This document shows, piece after piece, positions 35,301 to 44,927 of a stretch of DNA of 64,000 bases. Position 1 is the first letter of the stretch; the number at the start of each line of letters is the position of its first letter. The DNA is taken from NCBI GenBank assembly GCA_964035575.1, contig OZ037839.1, positions 1,054,001 through 1,118,000 of the forward strand. Direction: 5' to 3'. Under the pieces are notes generated by a model, which saw only the letters and a list, made by a program, of their open reading frames with translations, searched no databases and had not been told where the DNA came from. The stretch is from Rhynchopus sp. YZ270_cl-10. Its lineage: Eukaryota. The position numbers were made by a program, and so were the translations under genes.

Positions 35301-37395
35301 TGACCATGGTGATGTAGTAGCTCTTCTCAGGCGCATCAATGTCGAGGCCAACGTACGCGCGCGCTTCGATGTAGGTCCCGGTTTTGTGCTCGCAGTCCGA
35401 CCACGTGCCCAGGCAGACCGTGCCGCCAATGTCGAGTTTCGTGGGCACCATGGTCTCAAGGTTCATGGCAAGGCCCAGTTTGATGTCCGCAATGTTGACA
35501 AAGGGGATCCCAAAGGCTTCGCTCCACCAGCCGTCCATCACCAGCCCGCCTTCGACCACCTGCTCCTCGCCACTCAAGGACACCTCAAGGTCGCCAAGGA
35601 GGTAGAGGAACCGTGCCGACGAGGTGCCGCAGTGCTCGACACAGAGGCGCACCGGAAGCGACACACCCACATCAAGCTCGCCGGACGTTGCGGCCTTTGC
35701 AAACAGCGTGAACCCTTCCTTCCCATCCTCGCTCCGAATCGCAATCTTGCTTCCATCCGTCGGCTTTGTCCCAATGTCAAGCTCAAAGGTCGCAACCTCA
35801 CTGCTTTTGCTGGCTTTGATCTCCACCTCTGCATCCGAGATTGTACGCAGAACGGCTTCAAACGCACTGCTCTTTGTGTCCGTAGGCAATGCAGGGCTTC
35901 CTGCAGCGGTAAGCTTCGCTGTCTCCTTCGTCACAACCACTTTGATCGAGGACGCACCAAGACCAAGGTGGCTGATGGGGGTCAGCATCCCAAGGAACAC
36001 GTTCTTTGCCGCTGTCGGCAGGGTTGCAGCAAGCACCGACGCAGTCCCGCCAAAGGTCACACCGTCCACATAGATATCCACCTCACCTCCATCATGGTCG
36101 TCTGTGAACTTCAGGGTCGCGTTTCCAGAGATAGAGGACGCAGTGCTGACCTTCCCACTGCAGGACCCAAGGCAGAAGGGTACTGTGTAATGTGCCTTCA
36201 GCACCATCGTCTCCGTCGCCTCAAGAAACGCCACCATGTCGGTTACCTTTCCCACCGCATCGTGCACAACCACGCCTGCTGCGTTGTGTGTCGAGGAGTG
36301 TCCCACCCAGCACGCAGCACTGTCGAACTTTGGGATGCTCGCTGTTCCCAGCGTCAGTGAGTCTCCAATCATATAGGTCCCCTTCCCCCATGCAGAACCC
36401 TTCAGCGCAGCCACCTCTGCCGCAGCCAGCTTCAACTCCGCCCACAACCCTTTCGCGCCTGAGAGAAGCCCCGAAGGAGCGCCTTCGTACAGCGTCATCC
36501 CCCATCCGATCATCGTCGGTTCGAACATTGCTTTCGGGTTCACCGAGAGACAGCCCCAGTTTGGATGGCGGAGGTGGACGTGGATTGACTTGATGTGTGT
36601 GAAGGAGGGGAGGCGGATCGAAACTTTGTATGCAAACCCGGACACTGCCGCAGTGGAGGAGGTGAAGTCGACCGACAACGTTGCGTCGAGGTCTGCGTCG
36701 AGGCGTTCCAGCAGCCCTGTGTCTGTCTTTGTCTTTGTCTTTGTCTTTGTTGTTGTTGTTGTGTCCTCAACACCCATCCCCACAGAGGCCCCTCCACCCA
36801 ACGCAACCACAGCATCCTTCCCCGTAGCAACATCCACACCAAACTGAAAGTGAAACCCCGCCGAAGCAGAAGCCGCCACCTCCTCCCCGCCAACCACCAC
36901 CTTCGTCCCCGCCGCCTTCAACCCCAACCCCGCAGTCACAACCACAACATCTCCAATCGTCCCCGACTGTGCCTCCCCGCTCCGGTCCGCATTAACAAAA
37001 GTGCCCGCGTGCTTCACAGCGTCAGTCAGCCCCGCCAAAGCAGACAGCGTCCCAGAAAGACTCTCCTCCAGACCTGAGATCCTGGACTCAAGGCGTGGCA
37101 TGTCTGTCGAGGAGAGGTGTGCGATCATCGCCTCAATGCCTTCTGCCGTTTTGTTCAGGTACTGCGCAGTGTGCGACTCGAGGACGTCGTGCACCACGGC
37201 AGTCACGCCGATGCTGTCCATGTACTTCGCGACGTCGTCGCTGACGGCGTGCACGGCGCGTGCCTTGTAGCTTTCCACAACATCGGAAAAGGTGTCAGAA
37301 AAGGAGCTGTACTCAAAGGGCTCGTTCGATGACGGAGGTGGCACCTCGCCTGTAACACATAGTACTAAGAGAAGGGTGCAAGTTGTTTTTAACAT
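32368..37395 (-). CDS. Large predicted secreted protein (about 1675 aa), function unknown
   Basis: Uninterrupted 5-kb ORF; signal-peptide-like MLKTTCTLLLVLCVTG; beta-rich middle, amphipathic helices, C-terminal DACG/SYTDS/RTWTA motifs reminiscent of HYR-like repeats. Confidence 0.85.
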   Translation of the reverse strand: MLKTTCTLLLVLCVTGEVPPPSSNEPFEYSSFSDTFSDVVESYKARAVHAVSDDVAKYMDSIGVTAVVHDVLESHTAQYLNKTAEGIEAMIAHLSSTDMPRLESRISGLEESLSGTLSALAGLTDAVKHAGTFVNADRSGEAQSGTIGDVVVVTAGLGLKAAGTKVVVGGEEVAASASAGFHFQFGVDVATGKDAVVALGGGASVGMGVEDTTTTTKTKTKTKTDTGLLERLDADLDATLSVDFTSSTAAVSGFAYKVSIRLPSFTHIKSIHVHLRHPNWGCLSVNPKAMFEPTMIGWGMTLYEGAPSGLLSGAKGLWAELKLAAAEVAALKGSAWGKGTYMIGDSLTLGTASIPKFDSAACWVGHSSTHNAAGVVVHDAVGKVTDMVAFLEATETMVLKAHYTVPFCLGSCSGKVSTASSISGNATLKFTDDHDGGEVDIYVDGVTFGGTASVLAATLPTAAKNVFLGMLTPISHLGLGASSIKVVVTKETAKLTAAGSPALPTDTKSSAFEAVLRTISDAEVEIKASKSSEVATFELDIGTKPTDGSKIAIRSEDGKEGFTLFAKAATSGELDVGVSLPVRLCVEHCGTSSARFLYLLGDLEVSLSGEEQVVEGGLVMDGWWSEAFGIPFVNIADIKLGLAMNLETMVPTKLDIGGTVCLGTWSDCEHKTGTYIEARAYVGLDIDAPEKSYYITMVSKLTVGEIFGLIGEYSPFVKKLDIARNAPFLAESGIYPFSPDAACSTTATATDTPPASVDLSCYAYMSFNGEGSAKTISFRDGDVVIPNGIAFSGKIDFFGWKFGVQASVSESAFDIKAEMDKVDIKIGATSIIEIGKYLDGSEVKGGATFHVAADSKKGDILVGVYGAFSIPVLRSYGELQLTLDKSTFRFETDMHLFDGALTSKTLVEWNWDLTYFKAELSDISFADIIVVKDVHFSYDEKASSVDFGVKISVLRLISIAAELRITGNTIAFDVSADLALIAIDVSGTAQIATPFSDSSFHLHVKIEPGGVAKEIGKVAKAAVEAIGKAAVAVWDGLKKGVEVAVAAVKHVFATALKYLAKGFDAMVHGLEDVVHFLEKIPILGDLLKDIGHAISQVWNSAFGSTSSSHIVTESHRNEYGCRYQYVRTKTCHHFLFFTTSCHYHNGARYADKLCMVEVGINAQKVRLQSLKAQLLQGHLKASQARNKGLHDFVKGATLPDPVVEPYVADFPMHATMPVEFPAKVTLPKLTSNGIEHGQAMHSSVKLDLSSEDSLHASSTSGTAGLAKHAATFVSNHEGNSGEMSSSERSRIQREISEAMQKLQEYVGEEVTLVRHHISSHSEAALGRDATLLAANVTDDGDGDVDGDDADADTDNFFPVLTPPVLAHTNPVSISECTDVDEALDAQKPQFEYIDKHCRGKDAFVFLAGIEMADSFDTCRYAAKEQVTWRGVDACGEEGVPLTTTLYRTHTAPVFVQVPGLYTAASLTEDVSPRVAGQAGAYSPCGNGVDISYTDSTVRQGVGAFWVLERTWTASLRLPGCSEVPSVSQTQTIVIGMSGAVAASVPQLRLGDASANTPVRVAFRSGGYLELEDSVVHAVWCMKHGDVWGFSSGGCHLGVGDGGRLACVGGDDAGAKIVLAEGGRKDMGGATAEFLHMQVGEWCVGVDPSTAVVALMSCTSPHSDLSLEVQDKVGSC

Positions 37396-38035
37396 AATGC
37401 TCTGTTGGAAGGGTGAGGTGGGGAGGCGGGTAGGGTGGGTGAGTGGGGATATGTGGAAGTACTGGGGCAGAATATATTCGTTGACTTGTGAATCAATGAT
37501 GTGCACCCCAGAAGAAACTCTGACCCCATGACTGCGACATTGCCAAAGCTGTCAGGTCAATAGTTTCCAACGAGGTTGCTGTGGGTGTTTGGTGGGAGGC
37601 GGGTAACGTGGGTGGAGTGGGTAAGGAGGGAGGTGGAGGTCTAAGATAGATTGAGATTACCTAAAAGACCCGAGAGGGGTGAATAGTACTGAAAAATAAC
37701 AAACAGAGAGGAGGGAAGGGGATACTTTGTATCTCGAAAAGAGTCGCTACGATGAAGGGGGCGAAACAACGCAAAACAAAAACACAACAAAACATCTGAT
37801 AAAGATGAAGCAAAACCACACAAAACAGCTCCCCACACCACAGCTTCAATATTCTTCCCATCACACGACGGGAAAGAGTAAATAACGTTTTCCCCAAGTG
37901 TTCACAGGTGTATCCAAAAATGCAGTTCAATAGGTTCACCAAAGTGTTCTTCAAATCCTCCTGTTTGTCCTTCCCCAAACCCGTCAAATCCTCCTGCTTG
38001 TCGCACCCGTTTGTGCTGGTCTTTTTGTGCTTGCA

Positions 38036-39281
38036 TCAAAACCCTTCTCTCTCTTGTCCTGCTTTCAATGCAATACATTGTCTTGCACTTCCAGACACGT
38101 CTGTTCGTACTGCCTCAAAAGCTTCTATCCGCACATCCCCGAACTGTTCCGTAAACCTTGCGTAAATGTCACGCACACGTACATAGAAGGCCTCCTTGTA
38201 GGTGCTCATTCTAGGGTCTCCATTCGGGAGAGACAACATCTCGTCAATGCCGATGTTGCCTGGCAAGACGACTGTTGTGAGTGCGTTGCAGTTGAGCAGG
38301 AAGTCGTCCTGGATCCCTGTGTCCCTGCCAAAACCTGACATGTCCAGCGTCGTCAAGGATGTGCAATCTCGCAGGAAACCACGATCAATCTGCGTAACAT
38401 TGCTCAGTCCTGAGAAGTCTGCTGTTGTCAACGCGGAGCACCCTTGCAACCAGTCGCGCTTAATGTGTGTGATAGTGAGCAACTTTGATAAATCAACTGT
38501 TTTCAATGATGAGCACTGAAAAATAAATTTGTGCCCGATGTCTGCGACATTGCCAAAAGCTGAAAGGTCGATACTTCCCAGCGAGGTGCAGCTCGTAAGA
38601 AATTCGTCGCCCACCTTCACAACTCTGTGCAGTGCTGTCAAATCAATCGTTTCCAACGAGGTGCAGCCCGAACAAAAGTCGCTACGAAGTTCCGTCACAT
38701 TCGTCATCCCTGAAAAGCTGATGGTGGTCAACGACTTGCAGTTGGAGAGAAAGTTGGATCCGATCTTCGTGACACTGCAAAAAGCTGACAAATCAATGGT
38801 TGCCAACGAGGTGCAGTTCCAGAGGAAGCCGTCCTCAATGTGTGTGATTCTGCGCCATCCTGAGATGTCAATCCTTTCCAACGACTCGCAGTAGGCAAGA
38901 AAGTATGCACCAACCTTCGTCACACTCGTCATATGGGATAAGTCAAGATTTGTGACGCCAGTTCCTGCGAGGAACGAGCTCCCTATCACCGTCACACCAG
39001 TGAACCCTGACACGTCAAGGCTTGTCAACGATTTGCAGCTATGGAGACAGTTATGCCCAATGTACGTAACGTTGCACAATCCCGACAAGTCAACGGTTTC
39101 CAGCGACTCACACGCGGAGAGGAATCCGATCTCAATTCGTGTCACACCAGACACAGCAGAGAGATCAAGTCTCGTAAACGATGCTCCCCACAAGAACCCA
39201 TCCGGAATAACAGTCGCAACCTCCGCCTGAAGAAGCAGAGAAGCCACCTCAGGATCCTTCACAGTCGCCAACCTCGCTTCG
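38036..39281 (-). pseudogene. Ubiquitin-like/LRR gene copy 5, 3' half (frame still open; split by element D)
   Basis: Collinear with paralogs up to the target site at 39281. Confidence 0.88.
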
Positions 39282-39884
39282 TAAACGTTTTTAAAAATAG
39301 GATGGAACACCCCGTTCCGAAGAGGAATGCAGCCACCCCGAAAAAGTGGGGGGTGTGTCGCCAGTCTGCGGTGAGAAACTCCTCCCTGAGTCAAAACTGC
39401 CGCTGGTTAGCGCTGGCTAAGGTTCCCTTTTCACCCGGTCACAATCGAGTCTCGCTCCGTCGGCGTTGACTGCACTGCAAAGCCCCTTGGTCCACCGTCG
39501 TAAAAGACACCACAAAAAGCGTAGGTAGGTGGGGGACCGGCAGGTTACAGACAGAGGCAGTACGGAGCTAAGGTGTCGGCGGTCGCGGGTTACCGTGGAG
39601 GCCTGCCCCCCGTGGAGGTCTTGGGATCTGGGAGTTTTGTGGAAGTAATCGGCTCAGAGTACCCTGCATTCCATGCACGACTCGAGCTCCTTGTGGTAGG
39701 ATATTGGGGTCCAGGGAAGCACCCTTCGCCCCGAGGTCCCACCACCCCAGACAGTTTGTAGGTCTAAAAGCACAACGTACTTGTCCAGGACCTGGCCGCT
39801 CTTGGGTTCTCTCGAAAAAAAGATACTAATCCCGTACGCCCGTGCACCGCAAAAATGTGCTATGGGGGGCGGTCCGCCGTCGGG
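39282..39884 (-). mobile_element. Short SINE-like or truncated element D at the same target site
   Basis: 19-bp TSD AGTC(G/A)CCAACCTCGCTTCG at 39263-39281 and 39885-39903; visibly shares only the terminal about 60 nt with A-C. Confidence 0.88.
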
Positions 39885-40163
39885 AGTCACCAACCTCGCT
39901 TCGGAAATGTCTGTCTCACCCAAGGCACGAAGTGTTTCAACAGATGCGTACTTAGTAGTTTTCGTCAACACGACTGTGTCTCCAGCACTCAGTTCTGTGA
40001 TGTCCTCTCCTTCCTCCTTCCCTCCGAAGCCCATGCGGAAGCTGTCTTCGCACAACCCTGTTGCAGACGCCACCTTCTCCCGCATCGTCTCCGTTGTGTC
40101 GTTCTCACCCACCTCAATCACGTATTTGGTATCATCATCATATCCCTGCACACACAGTTGCAT
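39885..40163 (-). pseudogene. Ubiquitin-like/LRR gene copy 5, 5' half
   Basis: MQLCVQGY...EARLVT, then element D. Confidence 0.9.
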
Positions 40164-40545
40164 TGTTTCGAGTGACGTGTTGCTCTGTTGTGGGGTGGTG
40201 TTGAGAAGGACGAGGAGGGAGGCAAGATACAACAAAATAGCTTTCTTGTTTGTTTTTCACTTATCCTCACCCTGCCACATATGTGGAGTAGAAAAGACTT
40301 TGTGCTGACAGGTTGTTCATAAAAAGTGGTGGGGACACTCCGGTTTGTCAGAGTTGTGCACCAAACCTGCCAAATAATTTACCCCAGTTCAAAAGTGTAT
40401 CCAAAATTGCAGTTCAATAGGTTCACCGAAGTGTTCTTCACACAAAATCACCACACCCTCCAAATCCTCCTGCTTGCGTTGCTCCTGTTTGTCCTGCCCC
40501 AAACCCCCCAAACCCCTCTGTTCATCCAGCTTGTCCTGCTCCTGT

Positions 40546-42111
40546 TTATGCTGCCCCCAACTCTCCAAATCCTCTTTTTGTTCCTCTTTTTTGTCCTCTT
40601 GTGCTTGCATCAATCCCTTCTCTCTCTTGTCCTGCTTTCAATGCAATACATTGTCTTGCACTTCCAGACACGTCTGTTCGTACTGCCTCAAAAGCTTCTA
40701 TCCGCACATCTTCGAACTGTTCCGTAAACCTTGCGTAAATCTCACGCACACGTACATAGAAGGCCTCCTTGTAGGTGCTCATTCTAGGGTCTCCATTCGG
40801 GAGAGACAACATCTCGTCAATGCCGATGTTGCCTGGCAAGACGACTGTTGTGAGTGCGTTGCAGTTGAGCAGGAAGTCATCCTGGATCTCTGTGTCCCTG
40901 CCAAAACCTGACATGTCCAGCGTGGTCAAGGATGTGCAATCTTGCAGGAAACGTGGATCAATCTGCGTGACATTGCTCATTCCTGATAAGTCTGCTGTTG
41001 TCAACGCGGAACACCCTTCCATCCAGCAGTTCTCAATGCGAGTGATGCTGCGCAACACTGATAAATCAACTGTTTTCAATGATGTGCATTGCCTCAGAAA
41101 CCCTGACTCAATAGATGCGACATTGCCAAAAGCTGAAAGGTCGATACTACCCAGCGAGGTGCACCTCATGAGAAAGTCGTCTCCTACCTTCACAACCCTG
41201 TGCAGTGCTGTCAAGTCAATCGTTTCCAACGAGGTGCAGTCCGAACATAAGCCGTTCCCCAGTTCTGTCACATTGGTCATCCCTGAAAAGCTGATGGTGG
41301 TCAACGAGATGCAGTCGAAGAGAAAAAAGAAGCCGATCTTCGTGACACTGCAAAAAGCTGACAAATCAATGGTTGCCAACGAGCTGCAGTCCGAGAGGAA
41401 GTAGTTCTCAATGTGCGTGATTCTGCGCCATCCTGAGATGTCAATCCTTTTCAACGACTTGCAGCTGAGAACAAAGCTTGCACCAACCTTCGTCACACTC
41501 GTCATCGCGGATAAGTCAAGATTTGTGACACCACTTTCTTGGAGGAACGAGTGCCCTATCATCATCACACCAGTGAACCCTGACACGTCAAGGCTTGTCA
41601 ACGATGTGCAGCCAGAGAGACAGTCATGCCCGATGTGCGTAACGTTGCACAATCCCGACAAGTCAACGGTTTCCACCGACGCACACCTGTGGAGGAAGTT
41701 GTCCTCAATTCGTGTCACACCAGACACAGCAGAGAGATCAAGTCTCGTAAACGATGCTTCGTACAAGAACTCGTCAGGAATAACAGTCGCAACCTCCGCC
41801 TGAAGAAGCAGAGAAGCCACCTCAGGATCCTTCACAGTCACCAACCTCGCTTCGGAAATGTCTGTCTCACCCAAGGCACGAAGTGTTTCAACAGATTGGT
41901 ACTTCGTCGACTTCGTCAACACGACTGTGTCTCCAGCACTCAGTTCTGTGATGTCCTCTCCTTCCTCCTTCCCTCCGAAGCCCATGCGGAAGCTGTCTTC
42001 GCACAACCCTGTTGCAGACGCCACCTTCTGCCGCATCGTCTCCGTTGTGTCCTTCTCACCCACCTCAATCACGTATTTGTTTTCATCATATCCCTGCACA
42101 CACAGTTCCAT
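40546..42111 (-). CDS. Ubiquitin-like domain + BspA-type LRR protein (copy 6, intact)
   Basis: Open frame collinear with paralogs; empty target site around 41835-41860. Confidence 0.9.
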   Translation of the reverse strand: MELCVQGYDENKYVIEVGEKDTTETMRQKVASATGLCEDSFRMGFGGKEEGEDITELSAGDTVVLTKSTKYQSVETLRALGETDISEARLVTVKDPEVASLLLQAEVATVIPDEFLYEASFTRLDLSAVSGVTRIEDNFLHRCASVETVDLSGLCNVTHIGHDCLSGCTSLTSLDVSGFTGVMMIGHSFLQESGVTNLDLSAMTSVTKVGASFVLSCKSLKRIDISGWRRITHIENYFLSDCSSLATIDLSAFCSVTKIGFFFLFDCISLTTISFSGMTNVTELGNGLCSDCTSLETIDLTALHRVVKVGDDFLMRCTSLGSIDLSAFGNVASIESGFLRQCTSLKTVDLSVLRSITRIENCWMEGCSALTTADLSGMSNVTQIDPRFLQDCTSLTTLDMSGFGRDTEIQDDFLLNCNALTTVVLPGNIGIDEMLSLPNGDPRMSTYKEAFYVRVREIYARFTEQFEDVRIEAFEAVRTDVSGSARQCIALKAGQEREGIDASTRGQKRGTKRGFGELGAA

Positions 42112-42170
42112 TGTTTCGAGTGAAGTGTTGCTCTGTTGTGGGGTGGTGTTGAGAAGGAGGAGGAGGGAGG
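42112..42170 (-). promoter_or_regulatory. Putative trans-splice acceptor (C/T-rich tract + ACAG) upstream of the ATG; conserved before copies 1-6
   Basis: Minus strand CTCCCTCCTCCTCCTTCTCAACACCACCCCACAACAG about 22 nt before ATG; function inferred. Confidence 0.5.
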
Positions 42171-43061
42171 CAAGATACAACAAAATAGCTTTCTTTGTTT
42201 TGTTTTGTTCACTTATCCAGGTACTCTCCTCATATACAGTTGTAAACAAGAACTGACGGGTACATGGCATGTCTGTGTGGAAACAACAGGGGCGCCGCTG
42301 TCCAGAACCCTAAAAGCTCCAAACTGAAATACTGTCCAGCATGTGTACCTTGTGGGGCAGCTTTATTTACTCGACCAGGTATCAGTCGAGATGAACAAGA
42401 ACCGACATGTACACACACCACCCAGAGGACCATCGGGTGCACACACACTGCAAGAGATGCACATCATGATGCCCATCCCTGCAACACTCTATGGTGCCTT
42501 AGGTGCTCAACACATCGCTACCGCACAGGTGGCTGAAGTACATCTCCAGTGCACGCTGTGGTGCTGCGCTGAGACCACAGCCCTTTACCACGTATGGCGG
42601 ACGCAGTGTGTCGAGGGCGAACACTGCTGGGGTGACCGCGCCTGGGCTGCTGCCGTGCACTGCGACACCTGCGACGGTGTCACCAACACAGGCACCTGCT
42701 TCTCTTCCCTCTCCACCCTCTGCCTCTCTCTGCATCTGCACAGAAGTGCCGTCCATCCACCCACACGAGCCTCTGGCATGACACATGCTTCGAGATAAAA
42801 AAAAATCCATTATATTATACATAAACGACTTTAGAAAACAGCACTCAAATCGTGTAACAGATAAAATAGAAAACTGCGGAAGCTGAACCTAAGCCTCCCA
42901 GCTTAGTGACCTCCTCCCTAACATATTGGTGTCTGCATGGCGTATGATAATACACTGTGTGGACACCACTGCTGATAAAAGACTGTGTTAGGGGTTGGCA
43001 CGCTACCCATGTCATGTGCCCCACGGTTGTTAGCAATGTCACACCACGATTTGCTCACTGG

Positions 43062-44927
43062 CTAATGATCAACACCGTAGCATTCTATGGGCGTTTGTGT
43101 CGAGTCAGGTGGCGGGTCCGCACTCCGTTGTCCAGTACTGCTCAAGCTCACTCCTGTCCACTGCAGAAAGAGCGACTGTGTCGAAGCGGGGTCGTATGTG
43201 CTCTGTGCACGTGCAGGCAGGTGCAGTGTCTCGCGTCCCACTGTGCTCATCACGCTGTGTGGTACACTAACCAGCCTCGCTGCAGCCGTCAACTCCTCGA
43301 CACTGACGTCACCACGAAGGTACGCACGCACAGAGCTGTTGAAGTCGTCAAACGGCTTCTTCTCGCCAATCATGTACATCCACTCGTCGGCTTCTTGTTC
43401 AGTACCTACATTTTCATCTGGCACCACCAGCTCGGCCACCACCTCCTCGTCACACCCCGCGTCCACCTCCACCTTGCGTGGGATAAGGCGCAGCTGGTGC
43501 TCCAGCTCCCCGTCGCTGAAGCAGAGGCGGTTGCAGAGCACATCGCAGCCGAGGATGCGCCCCGCACGTTCCATCCCGTTCACGTCGCGCACGAGAGTGC
43601 CGATCATGCTGAAGCGGCGCATCATCTCACAGCCCATGTCGCCACGGAGCACCTTCCCTGTTGCGATGCCGATGTTGAAGAAGGACTCGCAGCGGCCGAT
43701 GCCCTTCAGCAGTAGCGTCGCCGTGTGGAGCGCTGAGGTGGCGTGGCTGGCACATGGCCGTGATGTGTTGAAGGAGCAGTGGATGCGGTCACCGATGAAC
43801 ACGTCCACCATGCCACGCTGCGACTCTGTTGCACTGAGCGCCCTCAGCAGAAGAGCTGTGAACAGTTCACTGAAGCGCGCGCTGTCCTCCAGGAGGTGCA
43901 GTGTCTCCTTCACGTTCAGCATCAGCAGCGTTGCCTTCACGTGGCTCAGCCCCAAGGAACGTGCTGTTGCGAGTGTTGCCAAAAGAGTGCTGCCCGACCT
44001 ATCCAGCGTGGACTCCATGTCTGATGCTTCCGTCTGGCTGTCGGTGTCCGTTCCGACCTGAGAGGTGTCCAGGGTGGCGTCCATCGCAAAAGGCAGACAC
44101 GTCTGCGGGAGGTACGCCTTGTACACACGCAGGTTCGCCTCCAACGTACTGAGTGCAAGAAGCATCCCCTCGGGCAGGTCCGCTCCATGCGCCTCCAGCA
44201 GCTCCGCCACCTTCTCCACGTCGTAGCCAGCTAGGAGGGAGGCGATCTCCTGCACGGTGCTGATTGTCTGTGCCATGGACGCCTGCTCCTTCAGCACGTC
44301 GCGTGCAAAGCCTCGTGTTGCGAGAAAATCAATCCCGAAGACAATCATCCCAACAATGCCTGCAGTCCTGAAGTTGACCGGGCAAGGCGGTGATGCGCAC
44401 GCCCCCATGTCGTAGATCACCTCACGTCGTTTCTCCAGACTCCATAGCCCAGGCATGTCCAGCACACCGAACCTGAAGCTCTCCTCAAGCATCATGAGCG
44501 CAAGCCAGCCTATTATCACACAGACTATCACCACGCTGTACGAGGACGGCACCTTCATCACCAGCAGCAGGTCCACAAGCAGCACGGCATACGGCCACAG
44601 AGAATAGCTAAGTGCACGCGCCATGAGGTCGCCCACTAAGATCGCAAAGGCATAACCCAACACGACCAACATAATCAGGAACGAGGTGAGCTTGCACTTC
44701 AAGAGCACTGCACCAATCGCAAGCAGGGAGGAGACAGCGTAAGCCATCTGCACCAGCACATACAGTGGCATGGTGAAGACCAGGGAGCGCAGCATAAAAG
44801 TGTACAGCACATTGACGACCAAGACACCCAAGTTGAAGTAGAAGAACATCCGCCTCCGTAAGTACTCCTGCTTGCCGAGGGTCCCATCCAGGGAGAAGGC
44901 GGCATCGAGCCACTTCCAACAGCCCAT
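43062..44927 (-). CDS. Multi-pass membrane protein with class III nucleotidyl cyclase-like domain (probably degenerate)
   Basis: About six hydrophobic N-terminal segments; VDVFIGD, NIGIATGKVLRGDMG, RFSMIG cyclase-like motifs. Confidence 0.82.
   Translation of the reverse strand: MGCWKWLDAAFSLDGTLGKQEYLRRRMFFYFNLGVLVVNVLYTFMLRSLVFTMPLYVLVQMAYAVSSLLAIGAVLLKCKLTSFLIMLVVLGYAFAILVGDLMARALSYSLWPYAVLLVDLLLVMKVPSSYSVVIVCVIIGWLALMMLEESFRFGVLDMPGLWSLEKRREVIYDMGACASPPCPVNFRTAGIVGMIVFGIDFLATRGFARDVLKEQASMAQTISTVQEIASLLAGYDVEKVAELLEAHGADLPEGMLLALSTLEANLRVYKAYLPQTCLPFAMDATLDTSQVGTDTDSQTEASDMESTLDRSGSTLLATLATARSLGLSHVKATLLMLNVKETLHLLEDSARFSELFTALLLRALSATESQRGMVDVFIGDRIHCSFNTSRPCASHATSALHTATLLLKGIGRCESFFNIGIATGKVLRGDMGCEMMRRFSMIGTLVRDVNGMERAGRILGCDVLCNRLCFSDGELEHQLRLIPRKVEVDAGCDEEVVAELVVPDENVGTEQEADEWMYMIGEKKPFDDFNSSVRAYLRGDVSVEELTAAARLVSVPHSVMSTVGRETLHLPARAQSTYDPASTQSLFLQWTGVSLSSTGQRSADPPPDSTQTPIECYGVDH

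Noticed and set aside
32491..37270. Plus-strand ORFs opposite the large gene, the LRR genes and the cyclase-like gene
   Set aside because: Antisense shadows of GC-rich coding sequence with no recognisable motifs.
39600..39884. HDV-like ribozyme at the 5' end of element D
   Set aside because: CCTCCACG occurs internally, but I could not assemble P1/P2/P4 at the junction.
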